A stretch of 64,000 nucleotides of DNA, taken from NCBI GenBank assembly GCA_964573935.1, contig CAZNLO010000001.1, positions 13,571 to 77,570 on the forward strand. The letters run 5' to 3'. A model generated the notes under the pieces. That model saw only the letters and a program-made list of their open reading frames with translations. It had not been told where the DNA came from and ran no database searches. Made by a program: the position numbers and the translations under genes. Below, one piece after another: positions 37,218-46,881 of the stretch (the first letter of the stretch is position 1; each line of letters begins with the position of its first letter). This DNA is from an uncultured Parvibaculum sp. Its GTDB lineage: Bacteria; Pseudomonadota; Alphaproteobacteria; Parvibaculales; Parvibaculaceae.

Positions 37218-38702
37218 ATGGTGAGGAGGTTCATCGCGAAGCAGTGTTACGGCCTTCTTCTTGTTGGCCTTGCTGTGTTTTTTGTTCCGCTTAATTCCGG
37301 TACGGTGAGGGCGGCAGACCCGGAAGGCGGGATGGTTGAATGGCCGCGCGAGGATATGGCGCGCGCACTCTCAAAATATCTCCCTCGCCGGATGGCTGAA
37401 GAAGGCGTGCCCGGGCTTTCCATTGCGGTGGTGGTGGACGGTGAGACTGTTTTTGAGCAAGGCTATGGGAGTAGCGATTTTTCGGGCCTTAACCCGGTCA
37501 CGTCGAATACGCTTTTTGAAGTGTCCTCTCTTGGCCAAACTGTTGCGGCAATGGGAGCGCTGGTGCTGGTCGAAGAGGGAAAACTTTCCCTTGATGTGCC
37601 GCTCGGGGCCAAGCTTGATATGCCCTGGCTGGGAGATGAGGGTGACCATAACGCCATTACGCTTCGTCAGAGTTTGACGCACACGTCGGGGCTTTCCGAT
37701 TTTGTGTGGTGCTGTAGTGATGAAAGTTGGTTTCAGCCCGGTGCGCGGTTCTCCTATTCAGGTGTCGGCTATATGTATGTGGGACACGTTATGGCGCATG
37801 TTGGCGAGGCGCCGTTTGATAAAGTAATGCAGGCCCGGGTGTTGGAGCCTCTTGGTATGGCATCGTCTGGCTACGGCCTTGCGGATCAACTGGTGGTAAC
37901 CGTTTCGCGGGGCTTTGTGCCGCTCTCTCATCCGCTTCTTGTTTTCGTGGTGCCGTTCGCCATCTTTCTTTTTCTGTCGGCGGGGATTACGGCACTGGTT
38001 GTGCGGATCGGTTTTAATCGGCTGAAGTTTACATTGTTCGATTTTGTTCCGGCAGGGGTGATCTCTCTGGTTGGAACAGGGGGCCTTATCGGGTTGCTTC
38101 AGGGTGTCTGGCCTCTGCTTTTTGTCACGGCCTATGTTGTTGCTTCCGGGATATTTCTTTTTGTCGGAACTCTTGTCGTGTTGCTGGTATTTGCCTTTCT
38201 GGGCCTTCTTGGCCCGGCGGACGGTACCTTGGCTGGTGGACAACGGCGCACGGACCCATTGATGGTGTGCGTTGCCTTTGGGCTTGTTGTGGTTCTCGGG
38301 CTTTTCTTTGTTGACCGCAATGTGCCGGTGTCGGCGATGGCGGGCGATACGGTTAACCCTGCCTTTTCCTTTCGTGCCAGTGCGCATGACCTGGGGCTGT
38401 TTGTGGAGGGGATGCTTGGCGGCGATGTTATCAGCGCGGAAATGCGGCGCGCTATGCTAACAGAAAGCGTTCGGGTCGGCGGGGACATTGGATGGGGGCT
38501 GGGGTTTGGCGTGCGTCAGGGGACGCGCGGCCAGACTGGCTGGCAGCGAGGCTCTAATCCGGGGTTTCAATCAATTATGGTGGTGAACCCCAGCCGACAA
38601 ACGGGCGTGGTTGTCCTCACCAATTCCTCCAAGGCAGGGCCGCTCGTGCAGGAGATTGCCGGTCATGTCATGGGAGAGGAGCCGGGCTGGCGTGTTCCTT
38701 GA
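37218..38702 (+). CDS. Beta-lactamase-family serine hydrolase homolog with internal 4-TM insertion and SxxQ motif
   Basis: VPGLSIAV, LTHTSG, FSYSGVGY, ASAHDL, GLGF and GSNPGF frame the fold; SxxK reads SLGQ; hydrophobic insert at about 37925-38330. Confidence 0.85.
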   Translation: MVRRFIAKQCYGLLLVGLAVFFVPLNSGTVRAADPEGGMVEWPREDMARALSKYLPRRMAEEGVPGLSIAVVVDGETVFEQGYGSSDFSGLNPVTSNTLFEVSSLGQTVAAMGALVLVEEGKLSLDVPLGAKLDMPWLGDEGDHNAITLRQSLTHTSGLSDFVWCCSDESWFQPGARFSYSGVGYMYVGHVMAHVGEAPFDKVMQARVLEPLGMASSGYGLADQLVVTVSRGFVPLSHPLLVFVVPFAIFLFLSAGITALVVRIGFNRLKFTLFDFVPAGVISLVGTGGLIGLLQGVWPLLFVTAYVVASGIFLFVGTLVVLLVFAFLGLLGPADGTLAGGQRRTDPLMVCVAFGLVVVLGLFFVDRNVPVSAMAGDTVNPAFSFRASAHDLGLFVEGMLGGDVISAEMRRAMLTESVRVGGDIGWGLGFGVRQGTRGQTGWQRGSNPGFQSIMVVNPSRQTGVVVLTNSSKAGPLVQEIAGHVMGEEPGWRVP

Positions 38703-38728
38703 GAGAAAACAAGGCCTGCCCGCTCAAG

Positions 38729-39256
38729 CTACTTCTTTGCGGCTTCAATGCCCTGACGGATCAGGTCTACGGCTTCTTCCGCTGAACCCCAGCGATCGAT
38801 TTTCACCCATTTTCCTTCTTCAAGATCCTTGTAGTGATCGAAGAAGTGCGCGATGCGGTCGAGCAGGATTTTAGGCATGTCGCGATAGGAGGAAATATCC
38901 TTGTAGTAAGGATTGAGAGCGTCCACAGGGACGGCGAGGATTTTTTCGTCCTTGCCGGCTTCGTCTTCCATCAACAAGACCCCAATGGGGCGCGAGCGAA
39001 GGACGGCACCGGGGACCACCGGAATACGGCTTACCACCAGCACGTCAACCGGGTCGCCATCGTCAGAAAGTGTGTGGGGAATAAAGCCGTAATTGCACGG
39101 GTACATCATGGCGGTATGCATGAAGCGATCAACAAAAAGCGTGCCGGACTCTTTGTCGAGTTCGTATTTTACCGGTTGTCCCCCCTGGGGCACTTCGATG
39201 ATGATGTTCAGGTCATAAGGCGGGTTGACCCCGATAGGAATTTTATCAATACGCAT
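38729..39256 (-). CDS. ppa: Inorganic pyrophosphatase
   Basis: KYELDK, DRF, YPCNYG, DGDPVD and DEKI motifs. Confidence 0.98.
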   Translation of the reverse strand: MRIDKIPIGVNPPYDLNIIIEVPQGGQPVKYELDKESGTLFVDRFMHTAMMYPCNYGFIPHTLSDDGDPVDVLVVSRIPVVPGAVLRSRPIGVLLMEDEAGKDEKILAVPVDALNPYYKDISSYRDMPKILLDRIAHFFDHYKDLEEGKWVKIDRWGSAEEAVDLIRQGIEAAKK

Positions 39257-40473
39257 TACTTGTTCCGGTTGTTGCGCGCCTGGAGGAGGCGCAGGCGAAG
39301 GGCATGGAGCTTGATAAAGCCGGCCGCATCTTTCTGGTCGTAGGCACCCGCATCGTCCTCAAAGGTCACGTGTGCTTCAGAATAGAGAGAGTAGGGGGAA
39401 GAGCGTGCAATTACGGTGGCTGATCCCTTGTAGAGCTTGAGGGTAACAGTGCCGGTGACGCACTCCTGGCTTGTGTCGATGAGGGCCTGAAGCATTTCGC
39501 GTTCGGGGCTCCACCAGAAGCCATTATAGATGATTTCAGCGTAGCGCGGCATCAGCTCGTCTTTCAGGTGCGCGGCACCCCGGTCGAGCGTCAGTGTTTC
39601 AATGCCCCGGTGAGCTGCAAGCAGGATGGTGCCGCCGGGTGTTTCGTAGACGCCGCGCGACTTCATGCCGACGAAACGGTTTTCGACAAGATCAAGACGG
39701 CCAATGCCGTTGGCCCCTCCCAGCTCATTCAGCTTTGCAAGCAGGGTTGCGGGGCTCATGGGGCTGGCATCAATGGATACGGCGTCGCCCTTTTCAAAGC
39801 CGATTTCCACGATGGTTGGTGTGTCGGGTGCTTCTTCGGGTGAGACTGAGCGCTGGTAAACATATTCCGGGGCTTCGAGAGCTGGGTCTTCGAGCACTTT
39901 TCCCTCTGCGGAAATATGCAGGAGATTTGCATCAACGGAGAACGGCGCTTCGCCGCGTTTGTCTTTGGCGATGGGGATTTGATGTTTCTCGGCAAACTCA
40001 ATGAGCCTGGTGCGTGAGGTGAGATCCCATTCCCGCCACGGTGCAATGACTTTGATCTCAGAGTTGAGGGCGTAGTAGCCCAGTTCAAACCGGACCTGGT
40101 CGTTGCCTTTGCCGGTGGCGCCGTGGCTGACCGCGTCTGCGCCGGTTTCGGCGGCAATTTCGATCTGGCGTTTGGCGATCAGGGGCCTGGCGATCGAGGT
40201 TCCCAGCAGGTAAACGCCCTCATAGAGGGCGTTGGCCCGGAACATGGGGAAGACATAGTCGGCGACGAATTCTTCGCGGAGATCTTCGATATAGATTTCC
40301 TTGACGCCCGCCATCTCGGCCTTCTGGCGGACGGGTTTCAGCTCCTCGCCCTGGCCCAGGTCGGCTGTAAAGGTGACCACCTCACATTTGTAGGTTTCCT
40401 GAAGCCATTTCAGGATAACGGAGGTGTCGAGGCCGCCGGAATAGGCGAGTACAACCTTCTTAATATCGCTCAT
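39256..40473 (-). CDS. argG: Argininosuccinate synthase
   Basis: [29 protein letters not shown] and [10 protein letters not shown] motifs. Confidence 0.98.
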   Translation of the reverse strand: MSDIKKVVLAYSGGLDTSVILKWLQETYKCEVVTFTADLGQGEELKPVRQKAEMAGVKEIYIEDLREEFVADYVFPMFRANALYEGVYLLGTSIARPLIAKRQIEIAAETGADAVSHGATGKGNDQVRFELGYYALNSEIKVIAPWREWDLTSRTRLIEFAEKHQIPIAKDKRGEAPFSVDANLLHISAEGKVLEDPALEAPEYVYQRSVSPEEAPDTPTIVEIGFEKGDAVSIDASPMSPATLLAKLNELGGANGIGRLDLVENRFVGMKSRGVYETPGGTILLAAHRGIETLTLDRGAAHLKDELMPRYAEIIYNGFWWSPEREMLQALIDTSQECVTGTVTLKLYKGSATVIARSSPYSLYSEAHVTFEDDAGAYDQKDAAGFIKLHALRLRLLQARNNRNK

Positions 40474-40674
40474 TATGGGTCCAGCCTTGAGGGTGGTTAT
40501 TTTCGCGCACTATAGGCAATTTCAAGGCCCTCGCAAGCATTGTGACGGGGTTTGAGGCCTCATTTTAGGGTCGGGGGGCTTTGTGAATTTGATCCGGTGG
40601 CGTTTTCTGTTAGGGCCAGGATTTTGTGCGCAGCGTTTGCATGGGCGCTGGGTGACGGCGCGGACCGATCTGGT

Positions 40675-41550
40675 TCAGGCTAACGAGAGTGTGTCGCCAA
40701 CTGCGATTTTTCCTGCTTTGCTCACATTGCAATAAGTCGAGAGGCTGTGATTTGTGTGGGCGACCAGGGCGCGCATGATCGAGGCGTCGCGAGGGAGTGT
40801 TCCTTGTGCGCGCGTTGTCACGATGCACCGAGGGCATTCCATGACCGCGTCGATACGGGCGTCGCCCAGTGAGAGGGTTTTTCCTGTCCATTCCGTTTCT
40901 GCCAGGCCCACGGTATTTTCCTTATCTGCAAGCAGAATGTTAGGACGAAAGCGGCGCACGTTGAGGTTGGCGTCTGGTGTGAGTGTTTGCAAGTGGCGCA
41001 GGGATGCCTCTGTCAAAATATCGAGAGGAAAAGCATCAAAATATGTGCCAACCGGTGTTGCGAACTCCATAAGTTCGATGAGAACATCGGGTGGAAATGC
41101 GTCAAAATCCGGTAGGGGTTCATCTGGTTTCAGGGCAAAGTTACTTCGTAACTCTGCCTCAAGGTCTTCCGGCGAGGTCTTGGTGCGATAATGGTCTTTG
41201 TTTTCTGCTGGTTGCAGTGGCCAAAGTGTTACTTTTTGCCCGAGATTTTCTGACAGCTTCTCATGGATATCTTGGTCGTCCGAGCGAAATGTGATGTCGT
41301 CTGATCCGGTGATTTCCACGTGGGGAACGACGCCTGCGCTGGTGCCTTCAATGTATCGGGCAGAAAAATTAAGCAGGCCACCGATTTTTTTGGCCCCCAC
41401 GATGGTCTGTGTTTTTTCATCCCGCAGAGCCCAGCCCCGGTCGAGGGGAACACCTGCTTGCGTCAGTATGGTTTCATCCAGCCGTTCTCCCTGCATGGAT
41501 TTTACAGGATAACGCCAGATCTCTTTGATGAAGAACGATGCGCTGAGCAT
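40675..41550 (-). CDS. MOSC domain protein
   Basis: WRYPVKSMQGE, DRGWAL, RRFRPN and CPRC motifs. Confidence 0.92.
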   Translation of the reverse strand: MLSASFFIKEIWRYPVKSMQGERLDETILTQAGVPLDRGWALRDEKTQTIVGAKKIGGLLNFSARYIEGTSAGVVPHVEITGSDDITFRSDDQDIHEKLSENLGQKVTLWPLQPAENKDHYRTKTSPEDLEAELRSNFALKPDEPLPDFDAFPPDVLIELMEFATPVGTYFDAFPLDILTEASLRHLQTLTPDANLNVRRFRPNILLADKENTVGLAETEWTGKTLSLGDARIDAVMECPRCIVTTRAQGTLPRDASIMRALVAHTNHSLSTYCNVSKAGKIAVGDTLSLA

Positions 41551-41622
41551 GTGATTTGGTTCGCCTTTGTTTGCTGCGATTGAACAGAGCTCTGGAGATG
41601 GACGGCATCAAGCCTGCAAGTG

Positions 41623-42828
41623 TCAGCTTGCAACTTGGCTGGCGCGGATTTTCTCGCTGGCTGATTTGAGTTGGCCACAGGCGGCCATGATGTCGCGTCC
41701 ACGGGGCGTGCGGATGGGGCTTGCGTAACCTGCCCGGTTAACGATCTCGGCAAATTTTTCGATCTGCTCCCAGTCGGAACATTCATAAGGAGCTCCAGGC
41801 CAGGCGTTAAACGGAATGAGATTTATTTTTGCCGGAATTCCTTTCAGCAGGCGCACAAGGTCCCTGGCATCCTTGAGGCTGTCGTTGACGCCTTTCAACA
41901 TCACATACTCAAAGGTGATGCGACGGGCGTTGGAGGCGCCGGGGAAATTCCGGCAGGCGTCGAGCAGCTCCTCAAGAGGGTATTTTTTGTTGATGGGTAC
42001 CAGCAGGTCGCGGGTGGGGTTGTTGACGGCGTGTAGCGAGATGGCGAGCATGACGCCGATTTCGTCACCGACACGGGCGATCTCGGGGACCACGCCTGAG
42101 GTGGACAGGGTGATGCGGCGTTTTGAAACGGACAGACCGTCGCCGTCAGAGGCGATGGCCATGGCCTGTTTGACGTTGTCGAAATTGTAAAGCGGTTCAC
42201 CCATTCCCATTAGCACGATATTGGTGATGAGCCGGTTTTCCTGAGGTGCGGGGCGTGATTTGGAGGCGGACGGTCCTTGCGGCCATTCTCCCAGCGCGTC
42301 GCGTGCGATCAGTATCTGGGCGACGATCTCTCCCGGGGTAAGGTTGTGCACCAGCTTTTGTGTGCCAGTGTGGCAGAACGTGCAATTGAGGGTGCAGCCC
42401 ACCTGGGACGAGATGCACAAAGTGCCGCGATTTGCTTCGGGAATATAGACAGCTTCAACCTCCAGCGAGGGCGCGCGCGGGTTGTTGGAAGGCAGGCGGA
42501 TCAGCCATTTTCGGGTGCCATCGGTTGAGATTTGCTCGGAAACAATTTCCGGCCGGCTGAGCGAAAAGTGCTTGGCGAAATCCGCACGGCAGTCTTTGGC
42601 AAGGGTGGTGACATCGTTAAAAGATGTATGTCCGCGATGGTATATCGCATTCCATATCTGACCGACGCGCATACGGAGCTGTTTGTCCGGCACACCGGCC
42701 TCTCGAAGGGCGCGGGTCAGCTCATCGCGGTTCAGGCCGATCAGGGACGTGCGCTTGTCTGCGGGCGCCCGGGACCCAAGCTCAGGGGCGCTGGCGGGCA
42801 GGGCGGTCCTATCCAGGACGGTGGCCAT
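41623..42828 (-). CDS. rlmN: 23S rRNA/tRNA m2A methyltransferase (radical SAM)
   Basis: [26 protein letters not shown] and [12 protein letters not shown] motifs. Confidence 0.98.
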   Translation of the reverse strand: MATVLDRTALPASAPELGSRAPADKRTSLIGLNRDELTRALREAGVPDKQLRMRVGQIWNAIYHRGHTSFNDVTTLAKDCRADFAKHFSLSRPEIVSEQISTDGTRKWLIRLPSNNPRAPSLEVEAVYIPEANRGTLCISSQVGCTLNCTFCHTGTQKLVHNLTPGEIVAQILIARDALGEWPQGPSASKSRPAPQENRLITNIVLMGMGEPLYNFDNVKQAMAIASDGDGLSVSKRRITLSTSGVVPEIARVGDEIGVMLAISLHAVNNPTRDLLVPINKKYPLEELLDACRNFPGASNARRITFEYVMLKGVNDSLKDARDLVRLLKGIPAKINLIPFNAWPGAPYECSDWEQIEKFAEIVNRAGYASPIRTPRGRDIMAACGQLKSASEKIRASQVAS

Positions 42829-42965
42829 GATGGCTCCTTTAAAATCACAAAGGCTGGAAAATCAAAACACCGGACGGTCAAAAGTGCGGGTGCGGCATCT
42901 GGGGCGTCATAGCACGGGGAGGCCGGGAAGCGCCATCTTGCGCATGCGACAGGGTTAAAACCGCC

Positions 42966-42994
42966 AAAACCCGCCGAATTTCTTCGCCGGGTTT
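42966..42994 (-). terminator. Terminator after ialB
   Basis: AAACCCG..CGAA/TTCG..CGGGTTT stem with T tract on the minus strand. Confidence 0.55.
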
Positions 42995-43030
42995 ATGTGA
43001 CCATGAAGGTGCAGAGGGCGCGCTGGCCCG

Positions 43031-43573
43031 TTATCGGCAGGTTTCGTTAATTTTGGTCAGGGCAGCGGTGATGCCGGAGAGGGAATAGCGGTCGGTCGTC
43101 AAGGTGCCTCGTTCTGAGGTTCCCTTGATAATCATGGCACTTCCCCGGCGCATGGCGCTGGCCATACGGTCTTCGTCGCTGGTGTCTTGCAGCCATGCCC
43201 AGGAGCGATTCTCGCCACCCTCTGTAACGCCAGAGAACATCTGGAATTTGTCAGAGCCGATCTGAACGAAAGGGCGTGAGCGTTCTGAAAAAGGGTACCC
43301 GGCGCGCATCGAGATTTCGTTGCGGACGTTCTGACCAGGACGATGGGTCACCATCAGAAAGACGTCGCCCCGGTTTGCGCCAGACGGACGCATTTCTTTG
43401 GGTTCGCTCATGACATAGCAAATCTGACTGTTGCCTGAGCCATATGAATAGGCTGTCCAGTCCCGGTACTTGCCCAGCAAGGTAGGTTCCTGGGCCTGTG
43501 CGGCTGACAGGCCGAGAAAGGCAACGGCCAGCGTGGATATAACCAGTGTTGTAAACTTGGAAACGCGCATCAT
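43031..43573 (-). CDS. Invasion-associated locus B (IalB) family protein
   Basis: Signal peptide, DWTAY, CY, AMRRG and DRYSLSGITAA. Confidence 0.88.
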   Translation of the reverse strand: MMRVSKFTTLVISTLAVAFLGLSAAQAQEPTLLGKYRDWTAYSYGSGNSQICYVMSEPKEMRPSGANRGDVFLMVTHRPGQNVRNEISMRAGYPFSERSRPFVQIGSDKFQMFSGVTEGGENRSWAWLQDTSDEDRMASAMRRGSAMIIKGTSERGTLTTDRYSLSGITAALTKINETCR

Positions 43574-43718
43574 CTTCCCATCTATTTCGCCAAAGATCCC
43601 CTAGCCTTAAGTGACTGGCGCTAACCATAACGGGGCGCGGCGCGCTTTGCCAGCCGCTTTGGCAAATGTCTTGGATTGTTTAAGGTCGTGGGTGTGTGTT
43701 GCCCGGGCTACGGGGGTG

Positions 43719-44273
43719 TCATTTGGGTTTGGAGGTCGCTGGCCGGGGTTTGGTTGATCGCAGAAACCGTCCTCCGTGTTGATGAGGTTTTTTCTGTTCG
43801 CGGGGTGCACCCGGCATTAACGCGCGATCCCCGAAATTCCCAAGAGACCTGACACGGTCGTACATGACGATGGCTCCCGCGATCTGCACATTGAGGCAGA
43901 AGCTGGTGGGAATTTTGATAATGTGGTCGCATCGTTCGATCATCTGTCCTGACAGGCTACCGCGCTCTGGGCCCAGTACATACGCGGCGTTCAAAGGGTG
44001 CCTGAAACTGGGAAGGTCGATGGCATCTTGTGTCAGTTCAATGCCTACAAGCTGGCAGGTTTTGGGAAAAACCATCTCTCCCACGCTCTCCCATTCATAG
44101 TAGGGCAGATGATTGGGTGTCTTGGAGGTGTCCGACTTTGCGGAGCGGACAGAGTAAAAGGCGTTGACTGTGAAGACAAAACTTGCGCCAAAGGCGTGAG
44201 CTGAGCGGATGATGTTGCCCATGTTCATAGGCTTGGAAATTTCTTCCGCCCCGATACCGAAATAACCGCGCAC
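43719..44273 (-). CDS. SpoU/TrmH family RNA methyltransferase
   Basis: NMGNIIRSA, YVLGPERG and CLNV motifs; GTG start. Confidence 0.92.
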   Translation of the reverse strand: MRGYFGIGAEEISKPMNMGNIIRSAHAFGASFVFTVNAFYSVRSAKSDTSKTPNHLPYYEWESVGEMVFPKTCQLVGIELTQDAIDLPSFRHPLNAAYVLGPERGSLSGQMIERCDHIIKIPTSFCLNVQIAGAIVMYDRVRSLGNFGDRALMPGAPREQKKPHQHGGRFLRSTKPRPATSKPK

Positions 44274-44339
44274 AGGTTTTTTCCTATGGTCGTGAAAATG
44301 CTTATGGAAACTGACTGCAAGGCTTAGTCAAAGGTTGGG

Positions 44340-44480
44340 GTGTGCGCAAGGGAGTGTTCCGGGGCCAACAGTTTGCGGAGGCTTCCCGTCCCCGAAAGCC
44401 TCCGCATCCCCTTCTTTGAGCGCTGGACTGCAAGGAACCCGGTCCGCGCTCGCGCTGCCTCGTCGGCGCGGGCGGGTGCT
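44340..44480 (+). ncRNA. Candidate sRNA with C-rich loop hairpins
   Basis: 10-bp stem 44375-44405 (loop CCCGTCCCCGA) and 11-bp stem 44447-44474 (loop CCTCGT) in a 430-nt intergenic gap; strand uncertain. Confidence 0.3.
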
Positions 44481-44711
44481 GATCGCCCTGATGCGCCTGA
44501 TCTTCTCTGAGGCATTGCGAGGGGCGTGCCAGGTGTGATTGTGGGTAAATTTCGCAGATATGGGTGGGATTTGGCCCAAAATCGGACACTTGAGGGTTCC
44601 GCAGGCCGTCGGGACGCTTCTACTCTTGCGGTGGTGGGTCAGATTGGGGCGTGCTATGGGAGGAGACAAATAAATTTAAGAACGTAAGAGAACAAAGGGA
44701 GTGACGGTCAG

Positions 44712-45716
44712 ATGAAAGCCGTACTGTGCAAGGAATATGGTCCGCCTGAAAGTCTGGTCATTGAAGACCTGCCGACGCCGGAGCCGGGTGAAGGTCAGGT
44801 TCGCATTGAGGTGCACGCCGCCTCGGTCAATTTTCCGGATGTCCTGATTATTGAGAACAAGTACCAGTTTAAACCGCCGCTGCCGTTCAGTCCGGGCGGT
44901 GAGGTTGCCGGGCGTGTCGCCAAAGTCGGCCCGGGGGTGAAAGGGCTGAAAGAAGGCGACCGGGTGATCGGCTCGTGTGGCTGGGGCGGGTTTGTTGAGG
45001 AAATCATTGTGGATGCTGTGCGCTGTACGCCGATCCCTGATGAAATGGACTATAACACGGCCTCGGCCTTTATAATGGCCTATGGGACATCCCACTATGC
45101 GCTGCGTCATCGGGCGGCGATCAAGCCGGGAGAAACCCTGTTGGTTCTGGGGGCAGCGGGTGGCGTTGGTCTGGCAGCGGTTGAACTTGGCAAAGCCATG
45201 GGAGCCCGTGTGATTGCAGCGGCTTCAACCCAGGAAAAACTTGATGTGTGCCGGGCGCATGGGGCGGATGAAACCCTTTTGTATCCGTCCGGCGAAATGA
45301 GCCGGGACGAGCAGAAGGCTTTCTCCAACCAGATTAAAGAGCTGACCGGCGGCCAGGGGGCTGATGTGGTTTATGATCCGGTGGGGGGCGCTTATTCCGA
45401 ACCGGCTCTTCGTGCGACTGCGTGGGAAGGCCGGTTTCTTGTGATCGGATTTGCTGCGGGTCCGATCCCCAAAATTCCTCTCAATCTGGCCTTGCTGAAG
45501 AACTGTCAGATCGTGGGGGTCTTCTGGGGGGCTTATACGGGGCGTGACCCGGAGGGGCACCAGAAAAATCTAACGGAACTTATGGGCATGTTCAAGCAAG
45601 GCAAACTCAAACCCCATATTTCGGCGACCTATCCGCTGGAACGTGCGGCGGATGCACTCAATGATATGGGCGCGCGCCGGGTGAAGGGCAAGGTTGTTCT
45701 GACAGTTGAGCGCTGA
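44712..45716 (+). CDS. NADPH:quinone oxidoreductase family (MDR) protein
   Basis: VNFPD, PFSPGGE, GAAGGVG, YDPVGG and GFAAG motifs. Confidence 0.93.
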   Translation: MKAVLCKEYGPPESLVIEDLPTPEPGEGQVRIEVHAASVNFPDVLIIENKYQFKPPLPFSPGGEVAGRVAKVGPGVKGLKEGDRVIGSCGWGGFVEEIIVDAVRCTPIPDEMDYNTASAFIMAYGTSHYALRHRAAIKPGETLLVLGAAGGVGLAAVELGKAMGARVIAAASTQEKLDVCRAHGADETLLYPSGEMSRDEQKAFSNQIKELTGGQGADVVYDPVGGAYSEPALRATAWEGRFLVIGFAAGPIPKIPLNLALLKNCQIVGVFWGAYTGRDPEGHQKNLTELMGMFKQGKLKPHISATYPLERAADALNDMGARRVKGKVVLTVER

Positions 45717-45758
45717 CGCGGGTTTGGTGACGCATCACTTAAATGAAAGGCAGGCCTA

Positions 45759-46475
45759 ATGCGGGGGACATTTATCAGTCTCGGCATTGCGACTGCGTTT
45801 GTCGTTGCGGTCTCGTTTGCCTTTTTGGTCTATGTTCTGCTGGCCTCTGCCGGGCCGGACTATTGGGCAGGAGAGATTGCTGAATTTGAGCGGGGGGACA
45901 TTTCAAACCCGCCGCCCAGAGGGGGCATTGTGTTTGTCGGTGCGCGCGATGTACGCCAGTGGGAGACGCTGGGGAAAGATATGGCGCCGCTTGCGGTTCT
46001 GAACCGGGGTTTTGGAGGTGCCTATCTTGAGCACCTGACTTATTTTACCGCGCGCATTATCAAGCCGTACGCTCCTCAAGGCATCGTTGTTATGGCGGGA
46101 GATGAAGACCTGGCCGACGTGCGGGGGAAAACACCGGAAGAAGTGCTGGAGAGTTTTACGGTGTTCATGGCTGCCCTGCGGGCTCATGGTATCGACGCGC
46201 CGGTTATATTCGTGTCCATTCGCCCCTCACCCATGCGGGCGGCAAGATGGTTTGGGGCGAAGAGAGCGAACAGCCTTATTGAAGAATTTGCGAGTGGGCG
46301 CGACGATGTTATCTATCTTGACGTTGCCTCTTTGATGTTCACTTCACACGAAGAAATGCGCTCGGAGCTTTTCCGTTGGGATGGGCTTTCACTGTCGCCT
46401 GAAGGCTATCGTCTTTTCTCGTCCCGTCTGCGCCCGCTGCTTCTTCGACGTTTTCAACCAAAGGAAATTCAATGA
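45759..46475 (+). CDS. SGNH/GDSL-like protein lacking catalytic residues
   Basis: FVGARD (family form FVGSSS), NRGFGG, AGDED (family form AGDND), DGLSLSPEGY (family form DGLH); N-terminal TM anchor. Confidence 0.85.
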   Translation: MRGTFISLGIATAFVVAVSFAFLVYVLLASAGPDYWAGEIAEFERGDISNPPPRGGIVFVGARDVRQWETLGKDMAPLAVLNRGFGGAYLEHLTYFTARIIKPYAPQGIVVMAGDEDLADVRGKTPEEVLESFTVFMAALRAHGIDAPVIFVSIRPSPMRAARWFGAKRANSLIEEFASGRDDVIYLDVASLMFTSHEEMRSELFRWDGLSLSPEGYRLFSSRLRPLLLRRFQPKEIQ

Positions 46476-46861
46476 GCCGGTTTAAGAGCATTGTTCCGCC
46501 GTCCATGACGACAAACTACAATATGTTTCATTTTTCCCCTGCCGTGGTGAATGATAACAGGGTCTATATTTCGGGACAATTGGGGATCGGACCGGACGGC
46601 AAAGTGCCCGATGATCTGGAGAAGCAGTTTACCTACGCCTTCGAGCATTTAGGTGTTGTGTTGGAAGAGGCGGGGGCCGGGTTTTCCGACATTGTTGAGA
46701 TTACAAGTTTTCACATCGGACTACGAAGTCACATCCAGCAGTTTATTTCAGTGAAAGACAGGTTTGTGCTGGAGCCCTACCCTGCATGGACAGCGGTGGG
46801 GACGACGGAGCTTGCGATACCTGGTGCCGTGGTGGAAATCAAGGTGGTTGCACATATCTAA
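46472..46861 (+). CDS. Rid (YjgF/RidA superfamily) protein, Arg-less type
   Basis: FSPAV, YISGQ and VEIKVVA; PAWT in place of PARS. Confidence 0.9.
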   Translation: MSRFKSIVPPSMTTNYNMFHFSPAVVNDNRVYISGQLGIGPDGKVPDDLEKQFTYAFEHLGVVLEEAGAGFSDIVEITSFHIGLRSHIQQFISVKDRFVLEPYPAWTAVGTTELAIPGAVVEIKVVAHI

Positions 46862-46881
46862 AAATCAGTAAGGGGCACGTT

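Noticed and set aside
44376-44392. Minus-strand GGGACGGGAAGCCTCCG resembles part of the c-di-GMP-I riboswitch
   Set aside because: The GGCAAA/GAAA P2 element is missing, and the segment is simply one arm and loop of a plain hairpin.
44324-44515. 63-aa minus-strand ORF in the SpoU/QOR spacer
   Set aside because: No clear RBS, Arg/Ala/Ser-rich composition typical of GC-rich non-coding DNA, and it overlaps the hairpins.
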